Shown: positions 11,365 to 22,136 of the stretch, one piece after another
Layout: each line of letters starts with the position of its first letter
How positions within the stretch are numbered: the first letter of the stretch is position 1
Source: Puccinia triticina
Lineage: Eukaryota
NCBI GenBank assembly: GCA_026914245.1
Contig: CP110439.1
Coordinates: forward strand, 4,340,001 to 4,404,000
Direction: 5' to 3'
DNA: 64,000 bases
The notes under the pieces: model-generated
What the model saw: only the letters and a program-made list of their open reading frames with translations
Databases searched by the model: none
What the model was told of the DNA's origin: nothing
Position numbers and translations under genes: made by a program

Positions 11365-14300
11365 GTGGAGTTGGCTTGTTGTCCGGCAGCAATAATCTAG
11401 GGCCTCGCATGCTGTCCGGGAAACCAACTCACCCCTCAGAGGCCCACGGTAGCGTTTGCTTTCTTTCTTCGGTTCGGTCTGCTTCTTCTATCTCGCCTGT
11501 CGAAAACGTTAAAAGTCAAAAACATCCACAAAATCGAAAACCAATAAAAAACACCAACCTTCCGCCATTTCGGTCTCCGTTTCCGCTACTTCCTGAATCT
11601 TTCTCACTCGATCCGGCAAAAAGGATTCGCCGGGCGCTCGCGTCGAGCGCAAATGGTGGGTGGCATCATGGGGTTCCCGCGGGGGCACAAAGTGTAGAAG
11701 TAAGTCCCCTCCATGGTATGCATCCCCGGGTAGACTCTACCGTCTTGTCAAAAACATTACCTCTGGCCACACATGTGAGCGACTCGTCGGATCCTTGTTT
11801 GTCTTCCAGTCTAGGCAACTTTTCGCTTCATCATCGTCGTCTCCGCGATGAGAATAAACTACGCATCAATTCTCGTCTCCGGGAAGAGAATAAACTAACC
11901 CGGTCCATTGAGACTCTCTGCAACGAGGCTAATCTAGTTCCGTCTATCGAGACCCTCCGCAATGAGGATAAACTTCACTACCTCCGCGACGAGGGTAAAC
12001 TAAGGATCCTCCGCAATGAGGGTAAACTACTTTCTCTATCTACGAAGGCTCGGGCGTTTGAGGAGGATCCAGGGACTTTGCGGAGGCTGGGAGAGGTAAA
12101 AGTAAGTTCTCTCCAATCATGCACCTCCGGGCTAGATGCCACGTCAATGTCAAAAACTCTACCGCGTGCCACTGTCGTGAGCCTCCAAGGACCCCTTTCT
12201 TCTGTCACCACTGTAGATGGTACAACTCTGCGTCAAGATGACCTCCGGGAGGAGGCACTACCCCCGTTCCGACTCAGGAGGGCCTCGTCTCCGGCGAATG
12301 GTGTTTCTATCCCTTCTGGCGACTCATCACTCCGCAAGGAGTCCAAACTAGATTCTCATTGGGTGGACTGCGAGGGCGGCATGGTGGAGTTCAGGATGGC
12401 GCGGAGGCTGGGAGAGGTAAAAGTAAGTTCCTCCCAATGTGCACCTCCGGGGGTAGATACCCACAACGTTGTCAAAGCAATACCTTGTGCCACACTCGTG
12501 AGCCTCGCCCCGCCATCTGGTTTGTCTTATGCAGATAAAGCGGCTTTCGAGGAACCGGCCGAGCTACGGACGTGGAGCCTGCTCCAGTGTGGTCTCAGTT
12601 ATCGTGCCCAGGCCACACTTCTAGATGCCTGGAGGAGCGGAGAGTACTTGGTGTTCGCAGCCAAGTACAAGCCGGTCGCGCGCAAGATCAAGCCCGTCAA
12701 TGTGCCAATGCCGCAGGGACTCAATCCGCCGCTGCAACGGCCTCCCCTTTCTCGTGATCCGTATCAGGGACTGTCCCGCTCGTTGGCGGGGCCCTTTGTT
12801 CCCAAAGGAAGAGTTACGGCGGAGCGTCTCTTGGTAGTCAATTTTGGGCCCGAGGGCTGGTTGTATCCGGACGAGCTTAATCTCATCAAGAATGTTCTTG
12901 CGGAGCGCAACGGGGCCATCGCTTTCAACGAAGGGGAGCGCGGGCTGTTGAAAGACTCTTACGGGCTGCCCTACGTCATTCCGGTCATTGAACACGAACC
13001 CTGGCAGAAGCGCAAAATCCCAATTCCGGCCGCAAAGCTTGAAGAGTATACCAAGCTGATCAGAGAGCGAGTCCGTACCGGCCTATACGAGCAGTCAACT
13101 TCCTCATACTCAAGTCCGGTCTTCTGTGTCCTCAAAGGCAACGGCAAACTTCGGATTGTCCATGATCTTCAGCCTCTAAATAAAGTCACGGTCAAGGATG
13201 CGGGCGTGCCACCGGCCACCGAAGAGTTTGTGGAGTCATTTTCAGGGCGTGCATGCTACGGGCTTGGCGACATCATGGGTGGCTACGACGAGCGTGCGCT
13301 AGATCCGATCTCTCGACCTCTGACCACTTTTGAAACCCCATTGGGCAGGTTCCAGCTCACGCGTCTTCCGCAGGGTGCTACTAATTCAGTTGCCGTCTAC
13401 CAAGCGCAGATGATGTGGATCCTGCAGGAGGAGATTCCGGACCACGCAGGCATTTTCATCGACGATGGGGGCATCAAGGGCCCCGTTTCGGATTACAACA
13501 ACAAGCTCCTTCCTTGGCACTCTGGTATTCGGCGTTTCATTTGGGAATATGCAGAGACGCTGGAGCGGATTCTCTTTCGAATTGAGGAGTCAGGTTTGAC
13601 TGTATCGGCATCAAAACTAGCGGCGTGCGTCCCCGCTCTTGAGATCGTCGGGCATGTTGTGTGCAAGGAGGGACGGCGGATGGCAAAGAGTAAAGTCAAT
13701 AAAATACTCTCGTGGCCGACTCCAGTCAATGCTACCGAGGTTCGGGGTTTCTTAGGCGTGGTGGTGTATGTTCGCATTTTCATCCCCTCCCTCTCCCAAA
13801 TCTGTGTTCCTCTTCGACGTCTGACGCGCAAAGACGCGGACTTTGTTTGGTCGGCGGATTGCGAGGCGGCGTTTGAGGCGCTCAAGGTCTGCGTGGGCAG
13901 GGACATTGTCCTAGTGAAGATCGACTATGGGCCTGACGCTGGAAAGATTAAACTGGCGGTTGATTCTAGTTTTCACGCTACTGGAGCGGTTCTTACGCAA
14001 GAGGACGCGAATGGTTTTGACCGGCCAGCTCTTTACGAATCTTTGCTTTTCTCGGATGTCGAGTCGCGGTATTCACAATCAAAGCTTGAGCTATGCGGTG
14101 TGGCACGAATTCTCAAGAAACTTCAGACGGTCTTATGGGGCCAGCACTTTGAGCTGCAAGTTGACGCCCAGTCGCTCATCCAAATGATTAACGCCCCCAG
14201 TCTACCCAACGCGCCAATGACACGCTGGGTCTCTTTCATTCAACTCTTTTCGTTTGATATCGTCCATCGCCCCGGCAAGTCTTTTACTATGCCTGACGGA

Positions 14301-15692
14301 CTTTCTCGACGGCCGCAGGGCGATGAGGACTCTGATCCGCCGAGCTTTGACTTCGACGAAGATTCACCACACGTGAGGCCGCTGCATTCCTACTCGACCT
14401 GCTCCGAACCAGTATACAACGGATACCAGGAAGGGTTCTGGCGGCAGCTAGAAGATTACCTGACGACTTTGACTCGCCCTGAAGGCATAGACCCCAAGAC
14501 ATATCAAGCACTAAAGCGCAAGTCGGCAGAATTCTTTGTGCAGGCGGGGCGCTTGATGAAGCGCGGAAGCCCTCTTCCACGAATTGTTGTCACTCTACCC
14601 CTCAAGCAGGACGAGATTTTGGGCAAGCTCCATGAAGATCTAGGCCACCGAGGCGTCGCCGAGACTTATCGCCGAGTAGCGGATCGTTTCTGGTGGCCAT
14701 CATTGAAACAGGCTGTCGCCAGATGGTGCCAGAGCTGCGAGGCGTGTCAAAAGAGGGATCTGAAGCGCCCCCTGGAGCCACGGTACCCGACGGGCGAAGA
14801 GACGGTGTTTGGCCGCGTGGCAATGGATGCCGTGCACATCAAAGCTGGAGGCGCCAAGTATTTGATTGTTGCTCGGGACGATTTCTCCGGATGGGTTGAG
14901 GCAAAGTTTCTGAATAATCTCACTTCCGAAGCTGTGGCGGCATTCCTTCAAGAACACTGGATCATGCGCTATGGGCTAGCTCGTTCCTATTCGACAGACG
15001 GTGGCTCAGAATTTGGCGGGGCCCTAGCGGATATGCTGCGTTCGTTGCCAGGTCAGCATCGAGTCTCCACGCCTTACTACCCCGAAGGTCAGGGCATGGT
15101 CGAGCGAGGACACGGCCCTCTTAAAGCGGCATTAGTCAAGTTGGCAGGCGAATCAGGCAAGAACTGCCGAAAATTTCTGCCTCTGGTGCTTTTCGCCGAT
15201 CGGATCTCAACTAAGCGTACGACGGGATATTCTCCGTATGAGCTAGTGTTCGGCCAGCGAGCAGCGCTGCCCATTGATCTCGACATTGAGTCTTATTTGG
15301 GCGTGGACTGGGAGGAGGTTCGCAGCACGGAGGATCTGTTGGTCGCGCGGTCCAAGCAGCTGGAAAGAAGCGAAGAGACTCGGGCGTTGGCTTACGAGCG
15401 CATGATGAAGGCGCGCGGAGAGTCTGTTCGGTACTGGGAAGACAAGAATTCTGGTCGGTTCCGTGCCCCGCTTTCGGCTGGCGACCTCGTCCTCGCATAC
15501 AATCGATCACTCGAGGTTCAGTGGGGGCAGCTCTTTGCCCACAAGTGGAACGGCCCTTACCGCGTGGTCAAGCAGGTTCAAGGGGGTTCGTACGTTCTCT
15601 CTGAGCTCGATGGAACAGAACTCAAGCGCCGGTTTGCGGCGGATCAGGTCAAGCGGTACTTTCCGCGCGGGGGCATTACTGACCAAAAGTAA
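11361..15692 (+). CDS. pol: Element B Pol (long spacer, RT, RNase H, integrase) in the -1 frame relative to gag
   Basis: RT YSSPVF...LPQG...FIDD; RNase H VDSS...SKLELCG; integrase H..GHRG...CEAC, DDFSG, TDGGSEF, ERGH; no stops. Confidence 0.93.
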   Translation: MSGVGLLSGSNNLGPRMLSGKPTHPSEAHGSVCFLSSVRSASSISPVENVKSQKHPQNRKPIKNTNLPPFRSPFPLLPESFSLDPAKRIRRALASSANGGWHHGVPAGAQSVEVSPLHGMHPRVDSTVLSKTLPLATHVSDSSDPCLSSSLGNFSLHHRRLRDENKLRINSRLREENKLTRSIETLCNEANLVPSIETLRNEDKLHYLRDEGKLRILRNEGKLLSLSTKARAFEEDPGTLRRLGEVKVSSLQSCTSGLDATSMSKTLPRATVVSLQGPLSSVTTVDGTTLRQDDLREEALPPFRLRRASSPANGVSIPSGDSSLRKESKLDSHWVDCEGGMVEFRMARRLGEVKVSSSQCAPPGVDTHNVVKAIPCATLVSLAPPSGLSYADKAAFEEPAELRTWSLLQCGLSYRAQATLLDAWRSGEYLVFAAKYKPVARKIKPVNVPMPQGLNPPLQRPPLSRDPYQGLSRSLAGPFVPKGRVTAERLLVVNFGPEGWLYPDELNLIKNVLAERNGAIAFNEGERGLLKDSYGLPYVIPVIEHEPWQKRKIPIPAAKLEEYTKLIRERVRTGLYEQSTSSYSSPVFCVLKGNGKLRIVHDLQPLNKVTVKDAGVPPATEEFVESFSGRACYGLGDIMGGYDERALDPISRPLTTFETPLGRFQLTRLPQGATNSVAVYQAQMMWILQEEIPDHAGIFIDDGGIKGPVSDYNNKLLPWHSGIRRFIWEYAETLERILFRIEESGLTVSASKLAACVPALEIVGHVVCKEGRRMAKSKVNKILSWPTPVNATEVRGFLGVVVYVRIFIPSLSQICVPLRRLTRKDADFVWSADCEAAFEALKVCVGRDIVLVKIDYGPDAGKIKLAVDSSFHATGAVLTQEDANGFDRPALYESLLFSDVESRYSQSKLELCGVARILKKLQTVLWGQHFELQVDAQSLIQMINAPSLPNAPMTRWVSFIQLFSFDIVHRPGKSFTMPDGLSRRPQGDEDSDPPSFDFDEDSPHVRPLHSYSTCSEPVYNGYQEGFWRQLEDYLTTLTRPEGIDPKTYQALKRKSAEFFVQAGRLMKRGSPLPRIVVTLPLKQDEILGKLHEDLGHRGVAETYRRVADRFWWPSLKQAVARWCQSCEACQKRDLKRPLEPRYPTGEETVFGRVAMDAVHIKAGGAKYLIVARDDFSGWVEAKFLNNLTSEAVAAFLQEHWIMRYGLARSYSTDGGSEFGGALADMLRSLPGQHRVSTPYYPEGQGMVERGHGPLKAALVKLAGESGKNCRKFLPLVLFADRISTKRTTGYSPYELVFGQRAALPIDLDIESYLGVDWEEVRSTEDLLVARSKQLERSEETRALAYERMMKARGESVRYWEDKNSGRFRAPLSAGDLVLAYNRSLEVQWGQLFAHKWNGPYRVVKQVQGGSYVLSELDGTELKRRFAADQVKRYFPRGGITDQK

Positions 15693-15869
15693 GTCCCCCT
15701 CCTTAGTATGCACCTTAGGGTATCTCTACACCGTTGTAAGCATTACGTCGCCACTTCGTGAGCCATCCGTGGGACCTTTGTTCTGGTTTCCTTTCCAGTT
15801 TCCTCTTCTTACTTTTGGCCGCACCGAACGTCGAAGGAGTCTGGGGACAGACTCCAAGTGGTGGGTGGA

Positions 15870-16783
15870 TGTGGTGGCCCCTCTCGTGGCCAGCTAGTCA
15901 GGAACATCTCCGCCGCCAGCAAGATCATCAAGACTCAACTTCCCTCTCACGCTTCAAGACTCAAGAATCCACCGTCAAACCTCAAGATCCCTCTCCATCA
16001 CCTTCTTACTTTCAACTGGCTCTATCTTCAAGATCTTCCCCTCCCCCTTCTCTCTTTCTACTCCCCCCTTTTCAACACTTTTTTCCCATTTCCTTTCTTT
16101 CTCAGTTTCCCAGCCTCTTCATCTTTCTTGGTCCTAACACAGCACCTGCTGTGGGTTTATTTCCTTGTTTGTTTCTGGCTTCTTTTCTTTCTGTTTGGTT
16201 TGTCTGGTTTGAGTGTTTTCTGGCTTTTCCTTTCTTGCTGCTTTTCCTTCTTCTCCATGCCTCTTTTCCTTCTATCTCATCTCACTGTGATTTCCTCATT
16301 TCTTTGTGTTGTGTTTCCTTTTCCTGCTTCTGTTGCTTGTTGTGTGTGTGTGCGCGCGTAGCGCGCGGAGGAGATGATGAAATATACGTGACATGTGGCT
16401 CTCCCGGAGTCCAAGTTCGCCGAACTTGGATGATGGGAGAGGCATGGCATTCTGATCCCCAGAATACGGACCATCAAGAGTATATCGATCATATCTTCAG
16501 AGTTCAAACCTTTGAGCTCAGCTCGCCGATCTTTCTTCATCTAGAGTTTTCGCAATCCCCCTTCTTTCTCTTCGTTAAGATCACCTCCTACCCCCCCTTC
16601 AACAACAACAAACAACCGCCGCCGAGGATCCAGACCCCGGCGAACCTCTCAAAACCACCTAACCCCAAAGCTATCACCGATCTCATCCGCGCTCACCTTC
16701 ACGGACCATCACCTCGAGGGCAGCCTAAACAGCAAACATCCCCTCAACCGACTGCCACCGCTAGTACGGACAGGAGTCCCTCA
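15870..16783 (+). repeat. 3' LTR of element B
   Basis: Copy of 7988-8901. Confidence 0.97.
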
Positions 16784-18540
16784 GCGTTCATCTGCAAGGC
16801 GGGGCAATTTGCTCCGCTCACCATGCCGTTTGGACCCACAGGAGCGCCGGGATACTTTCAATACTTCATGCAGGACATTCTCCTTGGACGAATTGGAAAG
16901 GACACCGCCGCATACCTGGATGACATTATGGTATACACACAGAAAGGCTCCGATCACACGGCGGCGGTCAACGGAATCCTGGAGACCCTGAGAAAGCATC
17001 AATTATGGCTGAAACCGGAGAAATGTGAATTTTCGAAACTGGAGGTGGAATATCTTGGACTCTTAATTGCGTGTAACCGGATTAGAATGGACCCCGCATA
17101 AGTGAAGGCGGTGACGGAGTGGCCCGCACCGCGGAACGTTACGGAACTTCAGCGGTTCATTGGATTCTCCAACTTTTACCGCCGGTTCATTGACCACTTC
17201 TCGGGGAAGACCAGACCTCTACACAACCTGACCAAAGCAAAAACCCCCTTTGTCTGGGATGAAAAATGTAACTCCGCTTTGAATGCCTAAAGACTGCCTT
17301 CACCTCCGCTCTGATACTTAAGATTGCGGACCCGTACAAGCCATCCTGGAATGTGACTGCTCCGACTTCGCGCTTGGAGCAGTCTTGTCTCAAGTCTGCA
17401 ACAAAGACAAAGAACTCCATTCCGTCGCTTACTTATCCCGATCATTGGTGCAGGCGGAGAAGAACTACGAGATCTTTGACAAGGAACTATTGGCCATTGT
17501 TGCCGCTTTCAAAGAGTGGCGGCAGTACCTGGAAGGAAACCCGCACCGCCTGACCGCCATTGTTTACACGGACCACCGGAACCTAGAAAGCTTCATGACC
17601 ACCAAGGAGCTCACTCGGAGACAGGCGCGGTGGGCGGAGACCATGGGTTGCTTTGATTTTGAAATCATCTTCCGCCCGGGCCGCCAAGCCACCAAACCCG
17701 ATGCCCTATCAAGAAGACCAGACCTAGCCCCCGCCCCTGGTGAAAAACTGACCTTTGGACAGCTGCTGAAGCCCAATAACATCACGGAGCGGACTTTTGC
17801 GGAGATATCGGAGTTTGATTCCTGGTTCGAGGACGAATCAATTGACTTGGCGGAGGCGGAGCACTGGTTTGAGGTAGAAGTACTGGGGATAGACGCGGAG
17901 CACGGAGCGGAAAATGAACTGGCAATGGCTGATGCGGAGATCATTGAAAGAATCAGAGAATTGACCCCACTCAATGCCCAACTGACTGGATGGATAGAAT
18001 CCTTGAAAACCCCCACAGGTAACTGGAACAGATACACGGAGACTGATGGCATCTTGTACGACAAAGGGCGGATAGTGGTACCGGCGGACCGAGATCCTGA
18101 AGAGCCAACACGACACCAAAGCGGCGGGCCACCCAGGCCGATCCCGCACCCTTGCCCTGGTCCGACGGAATTTTGTGTGGAATGGCCAGAAGAAGTTCGT
18201 CAACCAATACGTGGATGGATGTGATTCTTGTCAAAGAGTTAAAGCCTCGACGCAACAGCCATTTGGGACACTGGAGCCGCTGCCAATTCCAGCGGGGCCG
18301 TGGATGGACATCAGCTATGACCTCATCACAGACCTACCTGAATCCCGCTCCCACGACAGTATACTGACTGTTGTTGACCGTCTGACAAAGATGGCACACT
18401 TTATCCCCTGCGGGAAGTCCATGAATGCGGAGCAGTTAGCGGACCTGATGGCGGAGCACGTTTGGAAACTCCACGGCACTCCAAAGACTATTGTTTCCGA
18501 CCAAGGAAGCATTTTTGTATCCCAAATCACCCGGGAATTA

Positions 18541-19497
18541 CACCACGGGGCGCATTCCTGGAAATGCCCTGCATCCCGCGGACGTTTCTCACTGAGATAT
18601 GTCCAGAGGATATCCGGAGGGCATCCAGCGGACGCGAGGGGCATTGAGCATCACTTGGACGCTTCTGGAAGCGTCCAAGTGATGCTCAGAACTCGGAAAT
18701 GTCCACTGGACATCAAAAAACACCGTCCAGCGGACACTCCCAAATGAGAGTGTCCGATGGACATCTTGATGTTCCACAAAGCTCAGCATCCATCGGACAC
18801 TCCAGCCAGAGTGTCCGATGGACACCAAAAACCACTGTCCATCAGACACTCTTGATCAAGAGTGTCTGATGGACACCATAACTCACTATCCATCGGACAC
18901 CCGAGCTGGAGTGACCAAAGGAATTTATCAATTCAACCATTGGAACAAGTCTCCAATGGCTGCATCTTGTACTGTCTAGATTTCGACAGTCCAAGATGTT
19001 CAGCTGCCTGTTGGGTGGCAAGAGGGTCTGCCGTTGCAAACTTGACCCTATATAGATTGCGTTTAGAGACCTTGCACTAAAGGCATGATGTCGCAGCTAG
19101 TTGTGGACACCGTTGACTGCGACCTGCAAGAGCGAACCCCGGGGAAGCAGGTTGGTGTTTGATCCCCATTCAGGCCATGCCCTTCCCCCCGACCCCCCCC
19201 TGCACCCCCCCGCGCCTATTCCCACCTATCCACCAAACTCTGTGGCCCCCCGCGATGAGCGCGAGTGAGCGAATACACCAGGGCACAGATGGATTCCCTA
19301 CATTTTTTTCCAACCTGGTGATAGTGGCTGATATCCGGTGGACGTCTTCATTTCATCCAGCGGATGCATTCTGGCGGGACGTTCGCCATCGCGCAATGCA
19401 AGTGGCATCCAGCGGATGTTTCCTGCAGTGCCAGAGCTGGACATCCGCAAACATGTCCATATACATGTCCAATCAATGTCCGCGACGGCCTGTGGTG
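18541..19497. mobile_element. Non-autonomous CACTA/EnSpm-like DNA transposon in the element A integrase
   Basis: Ends CACCACGGGGCG / CGGCCTGTGGTG; TA duplicated; many GTCC-N3-GGAC subterminal repeats; excision restores ITREL-DNRLGI. Confidence 0.88.
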
Positions 19498-19779
19498 TAG
19501 ACAACAGACTTGGCATCCGCCTACAACCATCTACGGCGTACCATCCAAGGACAGACGGTGTGGTGTTCCATATGCGTGACAATGCCAAAAGCACATTGCA
19601 GAGGTATTATAGTAGAGGGAGTGTGTAATACAGTGCGGGGGAAGAAGGGAAGAAGGAGCAAGATGGGAGGAGAGGCCTTGACCCCCAACATTGGGGATGG
19701 AACAGGTTAGACAGTGGATGCAGAGTGTGTGGAAGAGGATGGAAGGTGGCTTGGTTGCATAGCAACACATGACATCATG

Positions 19780-20250
19780 TAGCACAGTACATGCATGAAA
19801 GTGCTGTGTAGCTTGAGCGCCTCAGGCAGCATATATCCCTCATTGTTTGTACGTATAGTACAGCATATGCAGGTAGATAGGCTGTACAGGAAGTTTCTCC
19901 CACAGCATAAATCCCTCATTGTTTGTACATGTAGCACAGCATATGCAGGCAGATAAGCTGTACAGGAAGTGTCTCCTGCAGCATAAATATCTCATTGTTT
20001 GTACATGAAGCACATCATATGCAGGTAGATAAGATGTACAGGAGGCGTCTCCTGCAGCATAAATCCCTCATTGTTTGTAAGGCAGTGAAGCACACGCATG
20101 CAGATGCTGTGTAGTTGAGTGTCTCCTGCAGCATAAACCCCTCGTTGTTTGTACATGCAGCGCAGTACATGCATGAGAGGCTGTGTAGTTGAGATCCCCT
20201 GCAGCAATAATCCCTCATGAGGAGCTTCCCTGGAGCAAAAATCCCTCACC
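19780..20250. repeat. ~74-76 bp tandem array within the solo LTR
   Basis: GCAGCATAAATCCCTCATTGTTTGTAC-like unit recurs about 6 times. Confidence 0.85.
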
Positions 20251-20297
20251 CTTCAATATATAAGGAGGCCCTTTCTCCCCTCATCAGACTTTTCCCC

Positions 20298-20560
20298 ATC
20301 AGCCTACAGAGGTTTGGTCACAGTGGTTAGTTAGTTACGGTAGTTAGTTAGTGTCGCAATCAGCCTACAAAGGTTTGGTCACAAGTGGTTAGTTAGTTTA
20401 GTTAGGATCAGCCTACAGAGGTTTGGTCACAGTGGTTAGTTAGTTACGGTAGTTAGTTAGTGTTGCGATCAGCCTACAGAGGTTTGGTCACAAGTGGTTA
20501 GTTAGTTTAGTTATCATCAGCCTACAGAGGTTTGGTCACAAGTGGTTAGTTATTTTAGTC
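20298..20560. repeat. Alternating 61/48-bp tandem array within the solo LTR
   Basis: ATCAGCCTACARAGGTTTGGTCAC at 20298, 20359, 20407, 20468 and 20516. Confidence 0.9.
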
Positions 20561-21934
20561 AGCAGTGGTTATTAGCAGTATTAGTGATTAGTACAAGTAC
20601 CGTAGAAGTTTAGTAGTGGTATAAGTGTGTCGGCAGTAGTAGAACCAATCATAACACAACAACAAATTCGAGTTAAGCAGCATATTAGTAACGTGTAGTA
20701 CGAGTATAACAAAGTAAGTATATTGCCTGCGTGCAAAGAAGTTATAACAGATTTGCTAGCCTGTTGAATCAAGTGATCTAGGTCTGATAGATATTACTAT
20801 ATGAAAGTAAGATCTATCTTGGAATCAGCCATATCTTTATAAATATTGATTACAAGACTCTTAGATATTTGCATAGTATTATTAGAGGGGCAGGTCTTTC
20901 AAACCACCCGTAAGTTGTGATAGCCTTTCAACCTATTAAGCAATTTATTTCCCCCTCAGCGGATATTTCACCAAATTATATTTAGTGTCCCACACGAGTC
21001 CTACAACGGACAGTCGGAAATCACAAACAAAGCGGTGGAGCAATATCTTCGCCATTTTGTGAGCTATCGACAGGACGATTGGGCTCCGCTCCTGGCAACG
21101 GCGGAATTTGCCTACAACAACAACAATCACACATCAACAGGGGTGTCACCATTCAAGGCAAATTACGGTTTCAACCCATCGTACAGCGGAATTCCATCGG
21201 CGGGACAGTGTGTACCGGCAGTGGCGGAGCGACTCCGCCAGCTTGCCGAGGTACAGGACGAACTGAAGCACTGTCTAGAAGCGGCGCAGGAGGCCATGAA
21301 AAGCCAGTTTGACCGCGGAGTGCGGAAAACACTGGAATGGAACAGTGGAGACGAGGTTTGGCTAGATGGGCGCAATATCTCAACAACACGCCCCAGCCCC
21401 AAATTGGAACACCGCTGGCTGGGACCATTCCCAATAGCTAGCAGAATTTCAACCTTTGCTTACAAACTGACCCTTCCGCTTTCCATGCAGGGAGTCCACC
21501 CAGTTTTCCACGTGTCAGTACTCCGCAAACACAAGCCCAACGAGATCGCCCACCAACAGCGGCGGACCCCGGAGCCAGTAACAGTCAACGGCGGAGATGA
21601 GTGGGAGGTTGACGGAATACTGGACAGCTGGCGGAGAGGGCGGACGACTCAATACCTTGTCAGCTGGCGCGGATTTGGGTCGGCGGAAAATTCTTGGGAG
21701 CCGGAGGCGAACTTGAAGAACAGCCGAGACCTATTGGCGGAGTTTAACTTGAAATTTCCGGAGGCGGCGGCCAGGCATCGGAGGACGCGGAGAAGAAAGT
21801 GAGAGGGCAAGCTTTTTCCCACTGGGTTTTTCAAGGCTGCCCGGGGACAGAATGCAGAGCCAAAAGAGGAGGATTTTTTTTTTCTCATTGACCAACCAGA
21901 AAAGGGGGCGGCTTGGGCATTAAAGGGGGGATAA

Positions 21935-22136
21935 TGTTATGAGCCGTAGCGCGGGCTCCGCAGCGCAGACTCACATGTACATAGAATACATGTACATGTC
22001 ATGGACCATACTCAAGGTTTGAGAGGCTGGAGATCCAAGCCTCTTCCTCATCCTGCAATCTACCATCTTGGATCCAGAACCCCCAGAACCCCAGAACCCA
22101 GACCCCATCTTCCTCTCCACAGAACAGACCTTAACA
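21935..22136 (+). repeat. 3' LTR of element A
   Basis: Copy of 5162-5363, preceded by the PPT. Confidence 0.95.

Larger units (their letters stand above)
7988..16783 (+). mobile_element. Intact, very young Ty3/Gypsy element B inserted in the RT of element A
   Basis: 914-bp LTRs at 7988-8901 and 15870-16783 (one substitution noticed). 4-bp TSD GCGT. tRNA PBS at 8904. PPT AAGTGGTGGGTGGA at 15856-15869. Uninterrupted gag-PR and pol ORFs. Confidence 0.97.
19559..21005. mobile_element. 1447-bp solo LTR in the element A integrase
   Basis: TGTGG...CTACA; 4-bp TSD ACGG; removal restores RTDG-QSE; TATATAAG at ~20257. Confidence 0.88.
6541..21802 (+). pseudogene. pol: Element A pol, fragmented into 6541-7987, 16788-18540, 19500-19558 and 21010-21802
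   Basis: Protease LIDSGA; RT SPWAAPV...YLDD; RNase H DKELLAIV; integrase VDRLTKMAHF...STAYHPRTDGQSE; chromodomain EWEVDGIL...YLVSWRGF...SWEP. Removing each insertion plus one TSD copy restores the frame at that site; other stops and frameshifts remain. Confidence 0.92.
5162..22136 (+). mobile_element. Ty3/Gypsy chromovirus-type LTR retrotransposon A (decayed, three nested insertions)
   Basis: 202-bp TG...CA LTRs at 5162-5363 and 21935-22136 (4 differences seen). TSD GCATA/GGATA. PPT AAAGGGGGGA before the 3' LTR. Order gag-PR-RT-RH-IN-chromodomain. Confidence 0.95.

Noticed and set aside
20298..20560. CRISPR-like repeat/spacer appearance (also 37345-37950)
   Set aside because: Intervening sequences are themselves repeated, the context is eukaryotic TE DNA and there are no cas genes.
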